In this document: positions 41,694 through 52,982 of the stretch, piece after piece
Numbering within the stretch: position 1 is the stretch's first letter
How the letters are laid out: every line of letters begins with the position of its first letter
Assembly: GCA_965198175.1 (NCBI GenBank)
Contig: OZ240245.1
Coordinates: forward strand, 3,200,001-3,264,000
Origin: Candidatus Poribacteria bacterium
GTDB lineage: Bacteria; Poribacteria; WGA-4E; PCPOR2b
Direction: 5' to 3'
Length of the DNA stretch: 64,000 nt
Program-made: the position numbers and the translations under genes
The notes under the pieces: model-generated
Seen by the model: only the letters and a program-made list of their open reading frames with translations
Database searches by the model: none
Told to the model about the DNA's origin: nothing

Positions 41694-44003
41694 GTGAAGT
41701 TTACGGAAGATGTGTTACAGCGCAACGATTTAGTTTACAAGGTGCTACCGCCACGCTGGGTCTTCGGGTTGCCTATTGGCAACGGACAGGTCGGCGGCAT
41801 GATTTGGGTGGAGGACGAAACGAAAGTTGTCGTCACACTTGACAGTGTTTGGGCGTGGGACTACCGGCAAACTCCGATACAGCATCCTGAGACGAACACC
41901 TACGCTCGTTTTCGAGAACTCATGGCAGCGGGTGATGATGAGGCTGCGGGGCAGGTTCTCAAGCCCGGGGGGATGCAGCCCACGAAGACCTATGTAGGGC
42001 GCCTTGTGATTGATGTGGGTCAAAGAATTTCGGGCGAAGCCCGTCTACGCTTGGGGGATGCTGAGATTGAACTTGAGGCTGAAACCGACGACGGGGAGAC
42101 GATTCACCTAACGTTCGTTGCCTATGCGAATACACCTGCCATCGCGGTAGATCACCACCCTCGGTCGGCGATTAAAGAGATTCGGCTCGAACGACTTCCG
42201 GCGGAGCGCGTCGGTCTCCATGGCGTTTCGGATCTTGTAAGCGGTGCATCGGAGGCAGTTGAATGGGTTCGTCAAGACATTCCGGGTAGTCCGTCGATCG
42301 TGCTCGCGCTGCTTCCCGGTGAGACACAATCCTTCGCAACTGTCCAAGTAACGCGGAGCAACCTCGATCCCGTTGAAGAGTCGGCAAAGGTACTTGAGAC
42401 GGTAGCGGCAAATCCCGGCGCACACCTAGAAGATCACCGCGCTTGGTGGAGTCGATTCTGGGGCAGGTCCAGCGTGCAGACGCCGGATGAGAAAATTGAA
42501 TCGGTCTGGTATATGGGGCTGTATATGCTGGCTTCCGCGAGCCGCGAGGGCGGTTGTGCCGCGAGTCTGCACGGTCTTTGGTCGCCGGACAGTTGCATCC
42601 CGCCAGCGCACGGTTTCTATATCTGGGACTTCTACTCGCAGCATTGGGGGCTATATACGGCGAATCATCTGGAAATCGGAGAGGTGTTCTGCGACCATTT
42701 CTTGTCTATCCTTCCGCGCCTTATAGAAGAGACACGGAGCTTTTACGGATGGGACGGTGTTTTCGTACCCGGCTTTATGATAGTTGATGGGTCATGGATT
42801 TATCTCGGTCATAACCAAGTGTTGATTTGGCCCGGAACCAGCGCGTGGGTAGCGCAAGCATTCTGGTGGCAGTATCTGTACAGCAACGATGTCGATTTTC
42901 TTCGACAGAACGCCTATCCCTTTATGCGGGAATGTATGCTGTTCTATGAAGGGTTACTCGAAAAAGCGGACGACGGCAAATATCATTTGAACGTGAGCTA
43001 TGCGCCCGAATTTAAGAGTTGGATACGGGACGATACACTTAGCTTAGCCGTGATTCGGAATCTTATTGATGGACTCCTAAAGGCGGTTGAGGTACTTCAG
43101 AACGATGAGCCTCATCTCGCTGTCTGGCAGGAGATAGCTGGAAATCTCCAAGCGTACCATGTGGATGGTTCGGGACTGATGTTCGGAGAAGGACTGCCAT
43201 ATACAGAATCTCACCGCCACATGTCGCATCTCGGACCGGTCTATCCGTGCGATAGCTTGAACATTGACGGCTCTTCGGAGGATCGGCAACTCATTGATCG
43301 GACGATAAACAATGTCATCCTGAAGGGGTACGGGACCTTTGTCGGTTGGGCGTTCGTTTGGCTATCAGCTATCGCCGCGCGAGCCGGGCGCGGACAGATG
43401 GCGTGGTGGACGCTCAAGCAGTTTGCGGATGCTTTCGTACCTTGCAACACGTACAACCTGAATCTTGATTGGGAGCGGAACGGCATCTCTATCCAGCCAG
43501 ACACTTTGTGCGTCGATGGAAATATGGGAGCCGTAGATTCGCTCAACCAGATGCTTGTGCAGAGTTGGGGTGGTCGTATTCGCGTGTTCCCCGCATGTCC
43601 CAGCCATTGGCGGGAGGTTCGGTTCGATAACCTTCGCTGCGAGGGTGGTGTGGTGATATCGGCTGTGCGTTCAAAGGGACAAACACTTGGCGTTCGGCTA
43701 GAATCCGCATCAGGAGTACAAGTCCGACTCAGTAACCCGTTTGATGGTTCTGGCGGCTACTTCAATGGACAGCCGATTCGACCCAATGCTGACGGCGATC
43801 TTGTCATCAATCTGAACGCCGCTCAGGCGGTGTGGTTGACCGCCACCGCCGAAATCACAGCGGCTGACTTGGATAATTTTATTGTCAAACGACCGGAAGC
43901 GATGCGGAATCCGTATGGGTTGAAATTCCTTGAAGAATCATTGTTGACCGATAACCCGGATATTCCGATCGTACACCCTCACTTTCGCAATTCTTTCCTC
44001 TGA
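41694..44003 (+). CDS. Glycoside hydrolase family 95-like protein (alpha-L-fucosidase-like), copy 1
   Basis: LPIGNG..G, HRHMSHL..VYP, DGNMG...MLVQS and IRVFPA.P..W motifs. Confidence 0.75.
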   Translation: MKFTEDVLQRNDLVYKVLPPRWVFGLPIGNGQVGGMIWVEDETKVVVTLDSVWAWDYRQTPIQHPETNTYARFRELMAAGDDEAAGQVLKPGGMQPTKTYVGRLVIDVGQRISGEARLRLGDAEIELEAETDDGETIHLTFVAYANTPAIAVDHHPRSAIKEIRLERLPAERVGLHGVSDLVSGASEAVEWVRQDIPGSPSIVLALLPGETQSFATVQVTRSNLDPVEESAKVLETVAANPGAHLEDHRAWWSRFWGRSSVQTPDEKIESVWYMGLYMLASASREGGCAASLHGLWSPDSCIPPAHGFYIWDFYSQHWGLYTANHLEIGEVFCDHFLSILPRLIEETRSFYGWDGVFVPGFMIVDGSWIYLGHNQVLIWPGTSAWVAQAFWWQYLYSNDVDFLRQNAYPFMRECMLFYEGLLEKADDGKYHLNVSYAPEFKSWIRDDTLSLAVIRNLIDGLLKAVEVLQNDEPHLAVWQEIAGNLQAYHVDGSGLMFGEGLPYTESHRHMSHLGPVYPCDSLNIDGSSEDRQLIDRTINNVILKGYGTFVGWAFVWLSAIAARAGRGQMAWWTLKQFADAFVPCNTYNLNLDWERNGISIQPDTLCVDGNMGAVDSLNQMLVQSWGGRIRVFPACPSHWREVRFDNLRCEGGVVISAVRSKGQTLGVRLESASGVQVRLSNPFDGSGGYFNGQPIRPNADGDLVINLNAAQAVWLTATAEITAADLDNFIVKRPEAMRNPYGLKFLEESLLTDNPDIPIVHPHFRNSFL

Positions 44004-44067
44004 TTAAGGTTCAGCCTTGAGTCTGTAGAGTATCAGGAATACATATCTGCGGAGATGCCACTATCGA

Positions 44068-46512
44068 ATGAGTTTAATGCGAGCGGTGCTTGAAAGAAAC
44101 GACTTGGTTTACAACGTGCTTCCCCCACGGTGGGTTTTTGGGCTGCCGATTGGTAACGGACAGATTGGCGGGATGATCTGGTTAGAAGATGAGACAAAGG
44201 TCATCATTACGCTCGATCACGTTTGGGCGTGGGACCTTCGCGAGCATCCACGAGAAGATCCAGAAAAGCTTCGCTATAATAACTTGGTCGAGCTGAATGG
44301 TCACCTACTTCGGAAGGATCGCCTCGCAGACATTGAAGCGGGACGCCTACCAATTGAAGCAGGTTTCTTGACGGATATCCTCTGCTCGGTAGATTGGAGT
44401 TTGTCACTGCCTACGAAAACGCATGTAGGGCGGCTCGTTATCGAATTTAACCATAAACTATCAGGCGAAGCCCGCCTCAGCCTCTTGGATGCGGAAGCCA
44501 CGCTGGAGATTTGCACTGAAGCGGGTGAACGTGTAAGCCTGGCGATTCGTGCTGATGCCAATGTTCCCGTAATTGTGGTGTCGCACGACCATCGGCAAAA
44601 CATAAAGGACGTTCGACTTGAAAGAGTCTCGTCAGACGATTTGATAACATATCGTCCAGAGGGTGAAGCTATACCGGACTGGTACAGACTTCCTGATTGT
44701 GAAAGCGGGAACCGGGGAGAAATTAGATGGATTCAACAGGACATCCCGCGCAGCCCATCGTTGGTTCTGGCATTCCTAGCGGAAGACGAGCAAATCTGCG
44801 TAACTGTGGCGACATCTCATAACGATGTCGATCCGGTGGAAGCCGCTGTAAGTGTGCTTGTGCAGGCTGATGCAACCCCTGGACGGCTTCTGGCTGAACA
44901 CCGAACTTGGTGGCACCGATTTTGGGGTCGCTCTAGCGTCCAACTGCCGGACGCCCAGATAGAATCTCTCTGGTACATGGGGCTGTATCTTCTAGCGTCC
45001 GCTAGCCGAGAGGAAGGCGCTTCGGTGAGTTTGCACGGACTCTGGCAGCCAGATAGCTGCATGCCGCCTTCGCTAGGTCTCTACATCTGGGACTTTTATC
45101 CTCAATACTGGGGGATTTACGGCGCAAACCACCTCGAGTTGGGAACAGCCTACTACGATCACTTTCTCTCAATCTTGCCTCGCCTCAAGGAAGAGACTGC
45201 GAAATTCTACGGCTGGGAAGGCGCTTATGTGCCTGGTCAAATGGCGATTGACGGTTCATGGCTTTTCGCGCCGTGGCCACATGTTTTATTCTGGCCGGGA
45301 ACAAGCGCTTGGATAGCTCAAGGGTTTTGGCAGCACTACCTCTACAGCAAGGATCAAAATTTCCTTGTGGAAAAGGCGTATCCCTTTATGCGAGAATGTA
45401 TGCTGTTCTATGAGGGGTTTCTGAAAAGAGGGGAGGACGGCAAGTATCACATTTATCCCACACAATCTCCAGAAACCGGTGGATGGGGTAGGGACGACAC
45501 ACTCACGCTCTCGCTACTTCGCTATCTCATCAATGGGCTGCTAAGCGCTGTGAATATTTTGGGTTTGAATGAACCGCACCAGAAGGCTTGGACGGAGATA
45601 CTCGATAACCTACCAGATTACCATAAAGGCGATACCGGTTTTTATCTAAAAGAGGGCGCTGCATATACTAAGTGCCATCGTCACCTGTCCCATCTTGCTC
45701 CAATCTATCCCGTTGGCGACATCAATACTGACGGTTCAAAGGAGGATTTGCAACTCATTGAGAAATCCCTGAACACAGTTATTTCCAAAGGATATGGAAT
45801 CTGGGTTGGCTGGTCATTCGCGTGGGCTTCAGTTATCGCTGCGAGGAGTGGGCGAAAGCAGATGTCGTGGTGGACACTCAGGCAGCTCGCCGATGCTTAC
45901 GTCTCATGCAACACGTTCAACCTGAACCTCGATTGGAAACGGAACGGCATCGCATCGGATACAGACGCTTACTGCCAAGACGGCAACATGGCGGCGGTGG
46001 CAGCCGTCAACGAGATGCTGGTGCAGAGTTGGGGTGGACGTATTCGTGTGTTTCCAGCGTGTCCGAGCCATTGGCGGGAATGCCGAATCGACAAACTCCT
46101 TTGTGAGGGCGGCGTAGAGGTGTCCGCAATCCGTTCAGACGGATGCACGTTGGCGGTACGATTGGAGTCTGCGTCTGAGCAACAGGCTCGGCTCCTCAAT
46201 CCCTTTGATGCTGGTGGCGGCTATCTTGATGGACAGCGAATTCAACCAAATGCGGATGGCGATCTGGTATTAGATTTAGCCGCCGGAAAGGCTATATGGT
46301 TAACTGCAACGCCCGAAATTAAGCCTTCCAACTTCGATGAGTTCTCCGTTGAACGACCGGAGGTAATGCGGAATTGCTACGGTTTGAAATACCTAGACGA
46401 TGCGTGGTTCGCTGATAGTCCGGAAATTCCGAACGTACACCCGCATTTCCGCAACTCCTTTGTGAAGACTTCCCCGTTAAAATATGTTTCGATCGGACTG
46501 ACGTCAGGTTGA
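44068..46512 (+). CDS. Glycoside hydrolase family 95-like protein, copy 2
   Basis: Tandem paralog; SPE, HRHLSHL and DGNM motifs. Confidence 0.75.
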   Translation: MSLMRAVLERNDLVYNVLPPRWVFGLPIGNGQIGGMIWLEDETKVIITLDHVWAWDLREHPREDPEKLRYNNLVELNGHLLRKDRLADIEAGRLPIEAGFLTDILCSVDWSLSLPTKTHVGRLVIEFNHKLSGEARLSLLDAEATLEICTEAGERVSLAIRADANVPVIVVSHDHRQNIKDVRLERVSSDDLITYRPEGEAIPDWYRLPDCESGNRGEIRWIQQDIPRSPSLVLAFLAEDEQICVTVATSHNDVDPVEAAVSVLVQADATPGRLLAEHRTWWHRFWGRSSVQLPDAQIESLWYMGLYLLASASREEGASVSLHGLWQPDSCMPPSLGLYIWDFYPQYWGIYGANHLELGTAYYDHFLSILPRLKEETAKFYGWEGAYVPGQMAIDGSWLFAPWPHVLFWPGTSAWIAQGFWQHYLYSKDQNFLVEKAYPFMRECMLFYEGFLKRGEDGKYHIYPTQSPETGGWGRDDTLTLSLLRYLINGLLSAVNILGLNEPHQKAWTEILDNLPDYHKGDTGFYLKEGAAYTKCHRHLSHLAPIYPVGDINTDGSKEDLQLIEKSLNTVISKGYGIWVGWSFAWASVIAARSGRKQMSWWTLRQLADAYVSCNTFNLNLDWKRNGIASDTDAYCQDGNMAAVAAVNEMLVQSWGGRIRVFPACPSHWRECRIDKLLCEGGVEVSAIRSDGCTLAVRLESASEQQARLLNPFDAGGGYLDGQRIQPNADGDLVLDLAAGKAIWLTATPEIKPSNFDEFSVERPEVMRNCYGLKYLDDAWFADSPEIPNVHPHFRNSFVKTSPLKYVSIGLTSG

Positions 46513-46749
46513 TTGAGCGAAATACCGATCCATTTGCTGGCGTTGATGCGTGCTTTGTACTGCACTACCTCTTTCCCCCCTTGCTGACGGGAAAACCTAT
46601 GTAGTCCGTGTATTAGAGCCAGTAGATTTTTTTCTCGTTGACGGCGCATTGGAATCCTGATATTCTACAATGTGCAAGAGCAAGATGCTTCATATCGCGT
46701 AACACTATTTTGAGTTTGGAGTGAAACTGAACGCTTTGGCGGATATGCT

Positions 46750-48711
46750 ATGGAAGAAAGATTTCCTCGGCGAGCGATACACCTCGATTTTCATACAATG
46801 CCGCGGGTTGATGACGTCGGAATTGAATTTAACGCCGACGAATTTGCTCAAACCCTTAGTGCAGCACATGTGGATTACATCACGGTCTTCGCACGATGCA
46901 ATCTGGGATTTGCCTATTATCCAACAGAGATTGGTATAATTCATCCGGGAATCAAGACAGATGATATGCTTGGCGCGATGATTGAGGCGTGTCACGATCG
47001 AGACATCCGGGTAGCTGTTTATATCAACGCAGGACTCGACCATGAACATGCGCTGCGTCATAGAGAATGGTGTAAACTAAACAAAGAGGGACAGGTCTAC
47101 AATGTGCCGGAGATGGGGCATTACTTCAGAAGCATGTGCCTGAGTACCGGTTATGGCGAACACCTCTTGGCGATGGTGGACGAACTATTGACGAATTATC
47201 CCGTCGATGGGCTTTTTCTGGACTGTTTCGACCTTTCACCTTGCTACGGCGTGGAGTGCCTTTCCGGGATGGAAGCGTTGGACATGGATATATTCGACGA
47301 TGGACAAGTGGGCGCATATTGTGTGCAAATGACAGACACATTCCTCGATGAGGTCCAAAACCGGGTCCGTCAACTGGCACCAGGCATATACGTCTACTTC
47401 AACGGCATTCGTTACAGAAACCAGCCAACCCATGTTGAGTTGGAGGTTCTTCCCCCCGCGTGGGGTTATGATTATCTTCCTTTTGCTATCAGATATGCAC
47501 GTACTCTCGGCAAGCCCTACTTCACGATGACCGGCAGATTCCACAAGAGTTGGGGAGACTTTGGCGGGATTAGGACGGAGCATTCTCTGCTGTTCGACTG
47601 TTACTACTCGCTTATCAACGGTGGAACCTGCTCCATCGGTGACCACATGCACCCACGCGGCAAGCTGGACCCAGAGGTCTATCGCCTGATTGGCAAAACA
47701 TACGCTGAAGTTGAGGCGTTAGAGCCGTGGACGGCAGGGGCACAAGCAGTATCTGAAATTGTGGTTATCGATCCGTGTCTAAACAGAGTTCCGGGCGATT
47801 ATCGAATTCGGCAGGGGCACAGTATCCAGGGGGCTTCCAGAATGTTGTCGGAACTGAAGTGCCAGTTTGATGTGAGCGATGGGGAAATAGATCTTTCCGC
47901 GTACCGGGTGGTTGTTCTACCGGATGATGTCGCATTGGACAAAAAGCTCGAAGCATCGTTAGCCCAGCACCTTGAGAATGGAGGGGCGATAATCAGCTCT
48001 GCCTATGCGGGGCTAAGCCCCGATAAAAGCGGGTTCGCGTTGGATGCCTACAAAGTGAATTACGAAGGACCAGAGCCGTATGATTTTACCTTCTTTGAAG
48101 CGCTACCTGACATTGACCATGAATTGCCGGATATGCTGACGACGATATACGAGCCGGGAATCGCCATGACCGCCACGGCGGGTTCAGAAGTACTTGCGAG
48201 ACTCTACAAGCCGTACTTCAACCATAAGGAATGGGATCTGTACCACGAACACCTTTATATTCCGCCCAAAGAGGACACGGGGCGACCGGCGCTAGTGCAA
48301 TGTGGAAACATATTCCACTTCGGTTTCCCGATATTCAAAAACTATATCAATCACGCGGTCGTTCCTCACAGAACACTGTTCCGAAACTGCCTGACGCGGG
48401 TCCTACCCGATCCTATCGTCAAGGTTGAGAACATGCCTTCCTTTGGCCAGGTGACCGTGACACGATTGGAAAACCGACAGATGGTACACCTCCTCACCTA
48501 TGTGCCGGAACTGAGGGGTAATGCCCAGATCGTAGAAGAACCGATTTCTGCGCACAATGTCATGCTGTTCTTAAGAACCGACGGAATGATTCCAAAAACG
48601 GTTTATCTCGCGCCTTCTAGAAAAACGCTTAATTTTTCCGTGGCGGAGGGGTATCTGAAAATTTCAGTCCCTGAAGTCCGCGGCTACCAATTAGTTGTGT
48701 TTGAGATCTAA
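46750..48711 (+). CDS. GH151-like alpha-L-fucosidase with beta-galactosidase trimerisation-like domain
   Basis: RAIHLDFHT, DGLFLD, MTGRFHKSWGDFGG and CSIGDHMHPRG motifs. Confidence 0.75.
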   Translation: MEERFPRRAIHLDFHTMPRVDDVGIEFNADEFAQTLSAAHVDYITVFARCNLGFAYYPTEIGIIHPGIKTDDMLGAMIEACHDRDIRVAVYINAGLDHEHALRHREWCKLNKEGQVYNVPEMGHYFRSMCLSTGYGEHLLAMVDELLTNYPVDGLFLDCFDLSPCYGVECLSGMEALDMDIFDDGQVGAYCVQMTDTFLDEVQNRVRQLAPGIYVYFNGIRYRNQPTHVELEVLPPAWGYDYLPFAIRYARTLGKPYFTMTGRFHKSWGDFGGIRTEHSLLFDCYYSLINGGTCSIGDHMHPRGKLDPEVYRLIGKTYAEVEALEPWTAGAQAVSEIVVIDPCLNRVPGDYRIRQGHSIQGASRMLSELKCQFDVSDGEIDLSAYRVVVLPDDVALDKKLEASLAQHLENGGAIISSAYAGLSPDKSGFALDAYKVNYEGPEPYDFTFFEALPDIDHELPDMLTTIYEPGIAMTATAGSEVLARLYKPYFNHKEWDLYHEHLYIPPKEDTGRPALVQCGNIFHFGFPIFKNYINHAVVPHRTLFRNCLTRVLPDPIVKVENMPSFGQVTVTRLENRQMVHLLTYVPELRGNAQIVEEPISAHNVMLFLRTDGMIPKTVYLAPSRKTLNFSVAEGYLKISVPEVRGYQLVVFEI

Positions 48712-48953
48712 TCAAGCCCGGTGTGCGGTTGGGGAGCCGTACACCTTGAAGCTCCTGATGATAACCGTGAAGCAACATATGAATCGAGAACGGGATGAAA
48801 TTGTATTGAAACCCAGTTAAACCATCGAAGATGTCACAAAGCCACGCATCTTACGATGTCAAGTTGTTGATAATCCGGAGATTTCTCCAAAGTCTAAAAT
48901 TTATAGAATAGGCGGATTCGAGTAAAACTGGCAGAGAGGAGATTTTCAGTCAA

Positions 48954-49967
48954 ATGAGCAATATTATTCGCGGATCAGTTATTGGCTATGGGGCTGCATT
49001 TAATATGGGGAAATTCCATGCCGAGGCGATGCAACGCACAGAAGGAATTGAGTGCGTCGCGATCTGCGATATTGACGAGGAGCGAACCAATTCTGCAAAA
49101 GCTGATTTCACTTCGGTTTCAATCTATAACAACATTGATGAATTGCTAGCCGATCCGGGGATTGATCTCATCGTAAACGTGTTGCCCCATAACTTGCACG
49201 GCTCAATTACCGTTCAGAGCTTGGAGGCGGGCAAACATGCCATCGTTGAAAAACCGATGTGCATCACCATTGCTGAGGCGAACCAGATGATAAACACCGC
49301 CAGGGAAGCCGGCTTAATGTTATCCGTCCACCATAATCGTCGTTGGGATGCGGACTTTTGGACATTGCGTGGATTGGTTAAGAGTGGTGTCATCGGTCGC
49401 GTGTTCAGCGTTGAAATGTGGGGTGGTGGTTACGGAAAACCTGATTCCAATTGGTGGCGCAGCGTGAAAGCGATTTCCGGCGGCGCGTTTTACGATTGGG
49501 GCGCGCACTATCTCGATTGGTTGCTCAACATCATCGAAGAGAAGATGATTAACATCACCGGTTTTTATCAACCTAATCTAGTGTGGCACGACATCACCAA
49601 CGAAGATCACGTTCAAGCGATAATCCGCTTCGCCAACAACGCGATTGCTAACGTTCAGATGTCAAGCATAGCAAAGCTTGGAGCGCCTGTCTGGAAGCTG
49701 CTCGGTTCACATGGCGCAATTGTCTCCGAAGGAAACCAGTTCAAAGTTATCGTTGAGGTTGAAGGGCAACCTGAACAACAGATGGTTGATTTTCATGGGC
49801 GCCCTGGGCCTTCATACTATGAAAATATTGTAGCACATCTCAACAACGGTGAACCGCTGATTGTCACGCCAGAATCTGCACGACGTGTCGTCGCGGTGAT
49901 GGACCTTGCGGAAAAGTCCTCAAAGACACATCAGGCGGAAACGCTCCCTTATGAATTTGAGATATAA
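48954..49967 (+). CDS. Gfo/Idh/MocA family oxidoreductase
   Basis: GYG..G..H, GKH.IVEKP, HNRRWD and DWGAH motifs. Confidence 0.9.
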   Translation: MSNIIRGSVIGYGAAFNMGKFHAEAMQRTEGIECVAICDIDEERTNSAKADFTSVSIYNNIDELLADPGIDLIVNVLPHNLHGSITVQSLEAGKHAIVEKPMCITIAEANQMINTAREAGLMLSVHHNRRWDADFWTLRGLVKSGVIGRVFSVEMWGGGYGKPDSNWWRSVKAISGGAFYDWGAHYLDWLLNIIEEKMINITGFYQPNLVWHDITNEDHVQAIIRFANNAIANVQMSSIAKLGAPVWKLLGSHGAIVSEGNQFKVIVEVEGQPEQQMVDFHGRPGPSYYENIVAHLNNGEPLIVTPESARRVVAVMDLAEKSSKTHQAETLPYEFEI

Positions 49968-50053
49968 GAAACGTCGGTCTACATCCCCGTAGAAAGTGGT
50001 CATCAGGTAGTCTTTTACGTTATGTACACCAAACACAATATGGAGGAGAAACT

Positions 50054-50911
50054 ATGTTCAAGAATCTAGCTCCTGGCGGCATCGGCATCCAAGCGAATAT
50101 ACAGGAATCTCTAGAATTGGCGAAGTCCGCTGGCTTTGGTGGGATAGATCTCAACATCGTCGAAGCGGACACGTTGGCACAAGCACACTCCGTCCAGTAT
50201 GTCAAGGATCTCTGGTCGGAGGCTGGGCTAGCGATGGGGGGTTGGGGACTAGTAGTCGACTGGCGTGCGAGTGGCGTAGAGTATTACGAGAGCCTCTCGC
50301 AATTCGCCAAACTCGCGCAGCTTGCCGCTGACCTCGGCTGCTATCGCTGTACCAGCGCCCTTCCGGGCTGGTCGGATGAACTCACGTTTAAGGAGAACTG
50401 GGATTTCCACGTAAAACGCCTTCGTCCTGCTGCGGAGATCTTGAAAGATTACGGACATTCGCTTGGCTTCGAGTATATTGGGCCTAGCACAAGTCGCGCT
50501 CCGTTTAAGTATGGATTCGTCTACACAATGGACGGTATGCAGGCGCTCGCCGCGGGGATTGGCACAGGTAACGTCGGGTTATTGCTGGATGCATGGCACT
50601 GGTATGTTGCCCACGAAACGATCGAAGATCTCAAAAAACTAAGCGCGGATGATATAGTGTCCGTCCATATATGCGATGCCCCAGCGGGCGTTGATGTGGA
50701 TGATCAGGTCGATAACGTGCGTGCGATGCCAGCCGAAACAGGAGTTATCCCGCTCGGTGAATTCATTCGTATCGTCAACGATCTCGGTTACGACGGTCCG
50801 GTCGCCGCTGAACCTCTGAGGAAACCGGCAGACGATATGTCACCGATGGAAGCCGCGCAAGCCACATTTGAATCGTTGGATACGGTGTGGAGACAAGCAG
50901 GTCTGTCTTAA
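50054..50911 (+). CDS. Sugar phosphate isomerase/epimerase (TIM barrel)
   Basis: LGFE, LLDAWHW, VHICDA, R.MP.E.G and GYDGPV..E motifs. Confidence 0.85.
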   Translation: MFKNLAPGGIGIQANIQESLELAKSAGFGGIDLNIVEADTLAQAHSVQYVKDLWSEAGLAMGGWGLVVDWRASGVEYYESLSQFAKLAQLAADLGCYRCTSALPGWSDELTFKENWDFHVKRLRPAAEILKDYGHSLGFEYIGPSTSRAPFKYGFVYTMDGMQALAAGIGTGNVGLLLDAWHWYVAHETIEDLKKLSADDIVSVHICDAPAGVDVDDQVDNVRAMPAETGVIPLGEFIRIVNDLGYDGPVAAEPLRKPADDMSPMEAAQATFESLDTVWRQAGLS

Positions 50912-51131
50912 GCGTGAGCGAATCGGTCGCTCGGATCCGCCCTGTTCCTCGCGCAGGTAAGTTGTAGAGTGCTCCGATACAGCGTATGTTTGACACTTGG
51001 AGCTTCGAGAGGGAGAGGGCGCACCGGATGTACTTAATCGCGATTTGCTGGCAGGAAACAAGCGAATCTCTCCGTATGACGCCGAACTCATCTAGGACTC
51101 AGGCTTCACGTTTCAGGAAGGATTTTCATTT

Positions 51132-51551
51132 ATGCCGGTTTTTGAGACTGCGGCTCAGCTCTACACTTGTTTTGGTGGGTTGCTGGAGCGGTTGGAATCT
51201 CATCCCCAAGCGCAGAAGGAGCTGAAAACGCTTGAACTGACGGTCAAGTTTACCTTCACAGCCCCAGCAGCTTCTATGTGGCTGGTTGTGGATCGTGGTG
51301 AGCAATCTATCCACTACGACGAATGTGACGAAAAACCCGATATTGAGCTTGCCATGGCAGGGGATGTAGCTCATCAACTCTGGATGGGGGAAATCAACGT
51401 GATGGAGGCAATTACTAAGCGGCAGGTTGTCCCCATTGGTCCACTGTCGAAGATGATGATCCTTGCTCCCCTGATTAAAATGGCAATAAAGGTTTACCCG
51501 CAGCATTTTCAAGAATACTTGGCAAAGGTCTCACCGTCGGTCAGTTCATAA
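51132..51551 (+). CDS. SCP2 sterol-binding-domain-like protein
   Basis: PDIELAM..D.AHQLW.GE.N...AI pattern typical of the SCP2 fold. Confidence 0.6.
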   Translation: MPVFETAAQLYTCFGGLLERLESHPQAQKELKTLELTVKFTFTAPAASMWLVVDRGEQSIHYDECDEKPDIELAMAGDVAHQLWMGEINVMEAITKRQVVPIGPLSKMMILAPLIKMAIKVYPQHFQEYLAKVSPSVSS

Positions 51552-51708
51552 ACCCGAAATACAACCGGCGGATTCAGCATCGTGAAACCCACGTTCGATC
51601 TGTTCGTTTCTATCGTTAGTGCACATTGACGGAGACATATCGGCGAAATACTCGTCACATTTCTCGATGGATAGATGAATCTGAAACCCATTCCTAGATA
51701 GGACGAAA

Positions 51709-52452
51709 ATGAAATTTGCCGCACAAACAGACAGGGGAAAGCGCCGAGAACACAATGAGGATTGTTACTATGTCAATCCAAAAAACAATCTGTTTGTGAT
51801 TGCAGATGGCATGGGAGGTCATAGCGCCGGCGGGATTGCTAGTCAGATGGTTGTCGCTGTATTTCAGAAGTGGGTGGAAGAACTAAATGGCGAGCCGACA
51901 TCCAGTCTAAACGCTGACCCATCTGAAAGAATAGAGGTTCTATCGCTGCTTACGATGGAAGCCAACCGGCGTGTTTATACCCACTCACAGCAACACAGCT
52001 TTCAAGAGGGAATGGGCACAACACTCACCACCGGTTTTCTGGAGTTCCCCTATCTTATCTATGTTCATGTCGGTGACAGCCGGCTCTACGTACTAAGGGA
52101 TGGGGTATTGACGCAGATTACCAAAGATCATTCCCTCGTTCAGGAAATGGTTGATGCAGGGAAAATGTCACCTGAGCACGCGCGAGTCCATCCACAACGA
52201 AATATTATCCGTAAAGCCGTCGGCTTGGAATCGACTGTGACAATAGACTCCGGCTGTTTTCCGCTCAATCAAGGAGATATTGTCCTTGTCTGCACCGATG
52301 GGCTGCATGACATGATTGTTGACGATTCTGAGATAGCAAGCTTAATAACCTCCGCTCCGAACCTTGATGCTGCTTGTCATCTTCTCGTCAACGCCTCGCT
52401 TGACTACGGCGGCGTGGACAACGTAACGCTGATTCTCGCTACGCCAGATTGA
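51709..52452 (+). CDS. PP2C-type Ser/Thr phosphatase (Stp1/PrpC)
   Basis: TDRG..R.HNED, IADGMGGH, HVGDSRLY, CTDGL and DNVT motifs. Confidence 0.92.
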   Translation: MKFAAQTDRGKRREHNEDCYYVNPKNNLFVIADGMGGHSAGGIASQMVVAVFQKWVEELNGEPTSSLNADPSERIEVLSLLTMEANRRVYTHSQQHSFQEGMGTTLTTGFLEFPYLIYVHVGDSRLYVLRDGVLTQITKDHSLVQEMVDAGKMSPEHARVHPQRNIIRKAVGLESTVTIDSGCFPLNQGDIVLVCTDGLHDMIVDDSEIASLITSAPNLDAACHLLVNASLDYGGVDNVTLILATPD

Positions 52453-52574
52453 ATTCGGAGGGCGAGACCAACTCACAAAAATTCCGACTTTGAAGCAGTT
52501 TGGATGTATCAGATAACGGCTGCACGCTGAACCCCGATTTTGACCGGGGTTTTATCACATCGCTTGAGACACTT

Positions 52575-52982
52575 CTACCTTGTAACACCCCGCCATTCAT
52601 CTTTTGCGCAAGTGATGTCAATGACATTGCCATCTGGATCGGCAACCTTGAAAGATCGCGTCGGAGGTGCCTCCAATTCAATCTCATCCCGCGCTTTGAC
52701 ATCATCACGCAATAGCCGGGCGCCTCTCTCCTGAAGCGTTATGTAGATGCACGCTAGATCAGCTACTATCAACCCGAAGTGTACAAACTCGGTGCCTTCC
52801 TCCTGCGGTTGACGTTCCTCACCATCATACTGTATGATAGTCATGTTGAGCGTTCCATCGGTGAGATCGACGCCCTTGCCACTCGGACGATGGTCGATAT
52901 ATTTCAAGCCGAGTGTTTCATAAAACTGACGCGACGCATCCATATCTTTCGCTCGGATTGCGATATGTCTCAATAAAGCCAT
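52575..52982 (-). CDS. VOC/glyoxalase family protein
   Basis: LRHIAI, HFG and DPDGN motifs. Confidence 0.8.
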   Translation of the reverse strand: MALLRHIAIRAKDMDASRQFYETLGLKYIDHRPSGKGVDLTDGTLNMTIIQYDGEERQPQEEGTEFVHFGLIVADLACIYITLQERGARLLRDDVKARDEIELEAPPTRSFKVADPDGNVIDITCAKDEWRGVTR

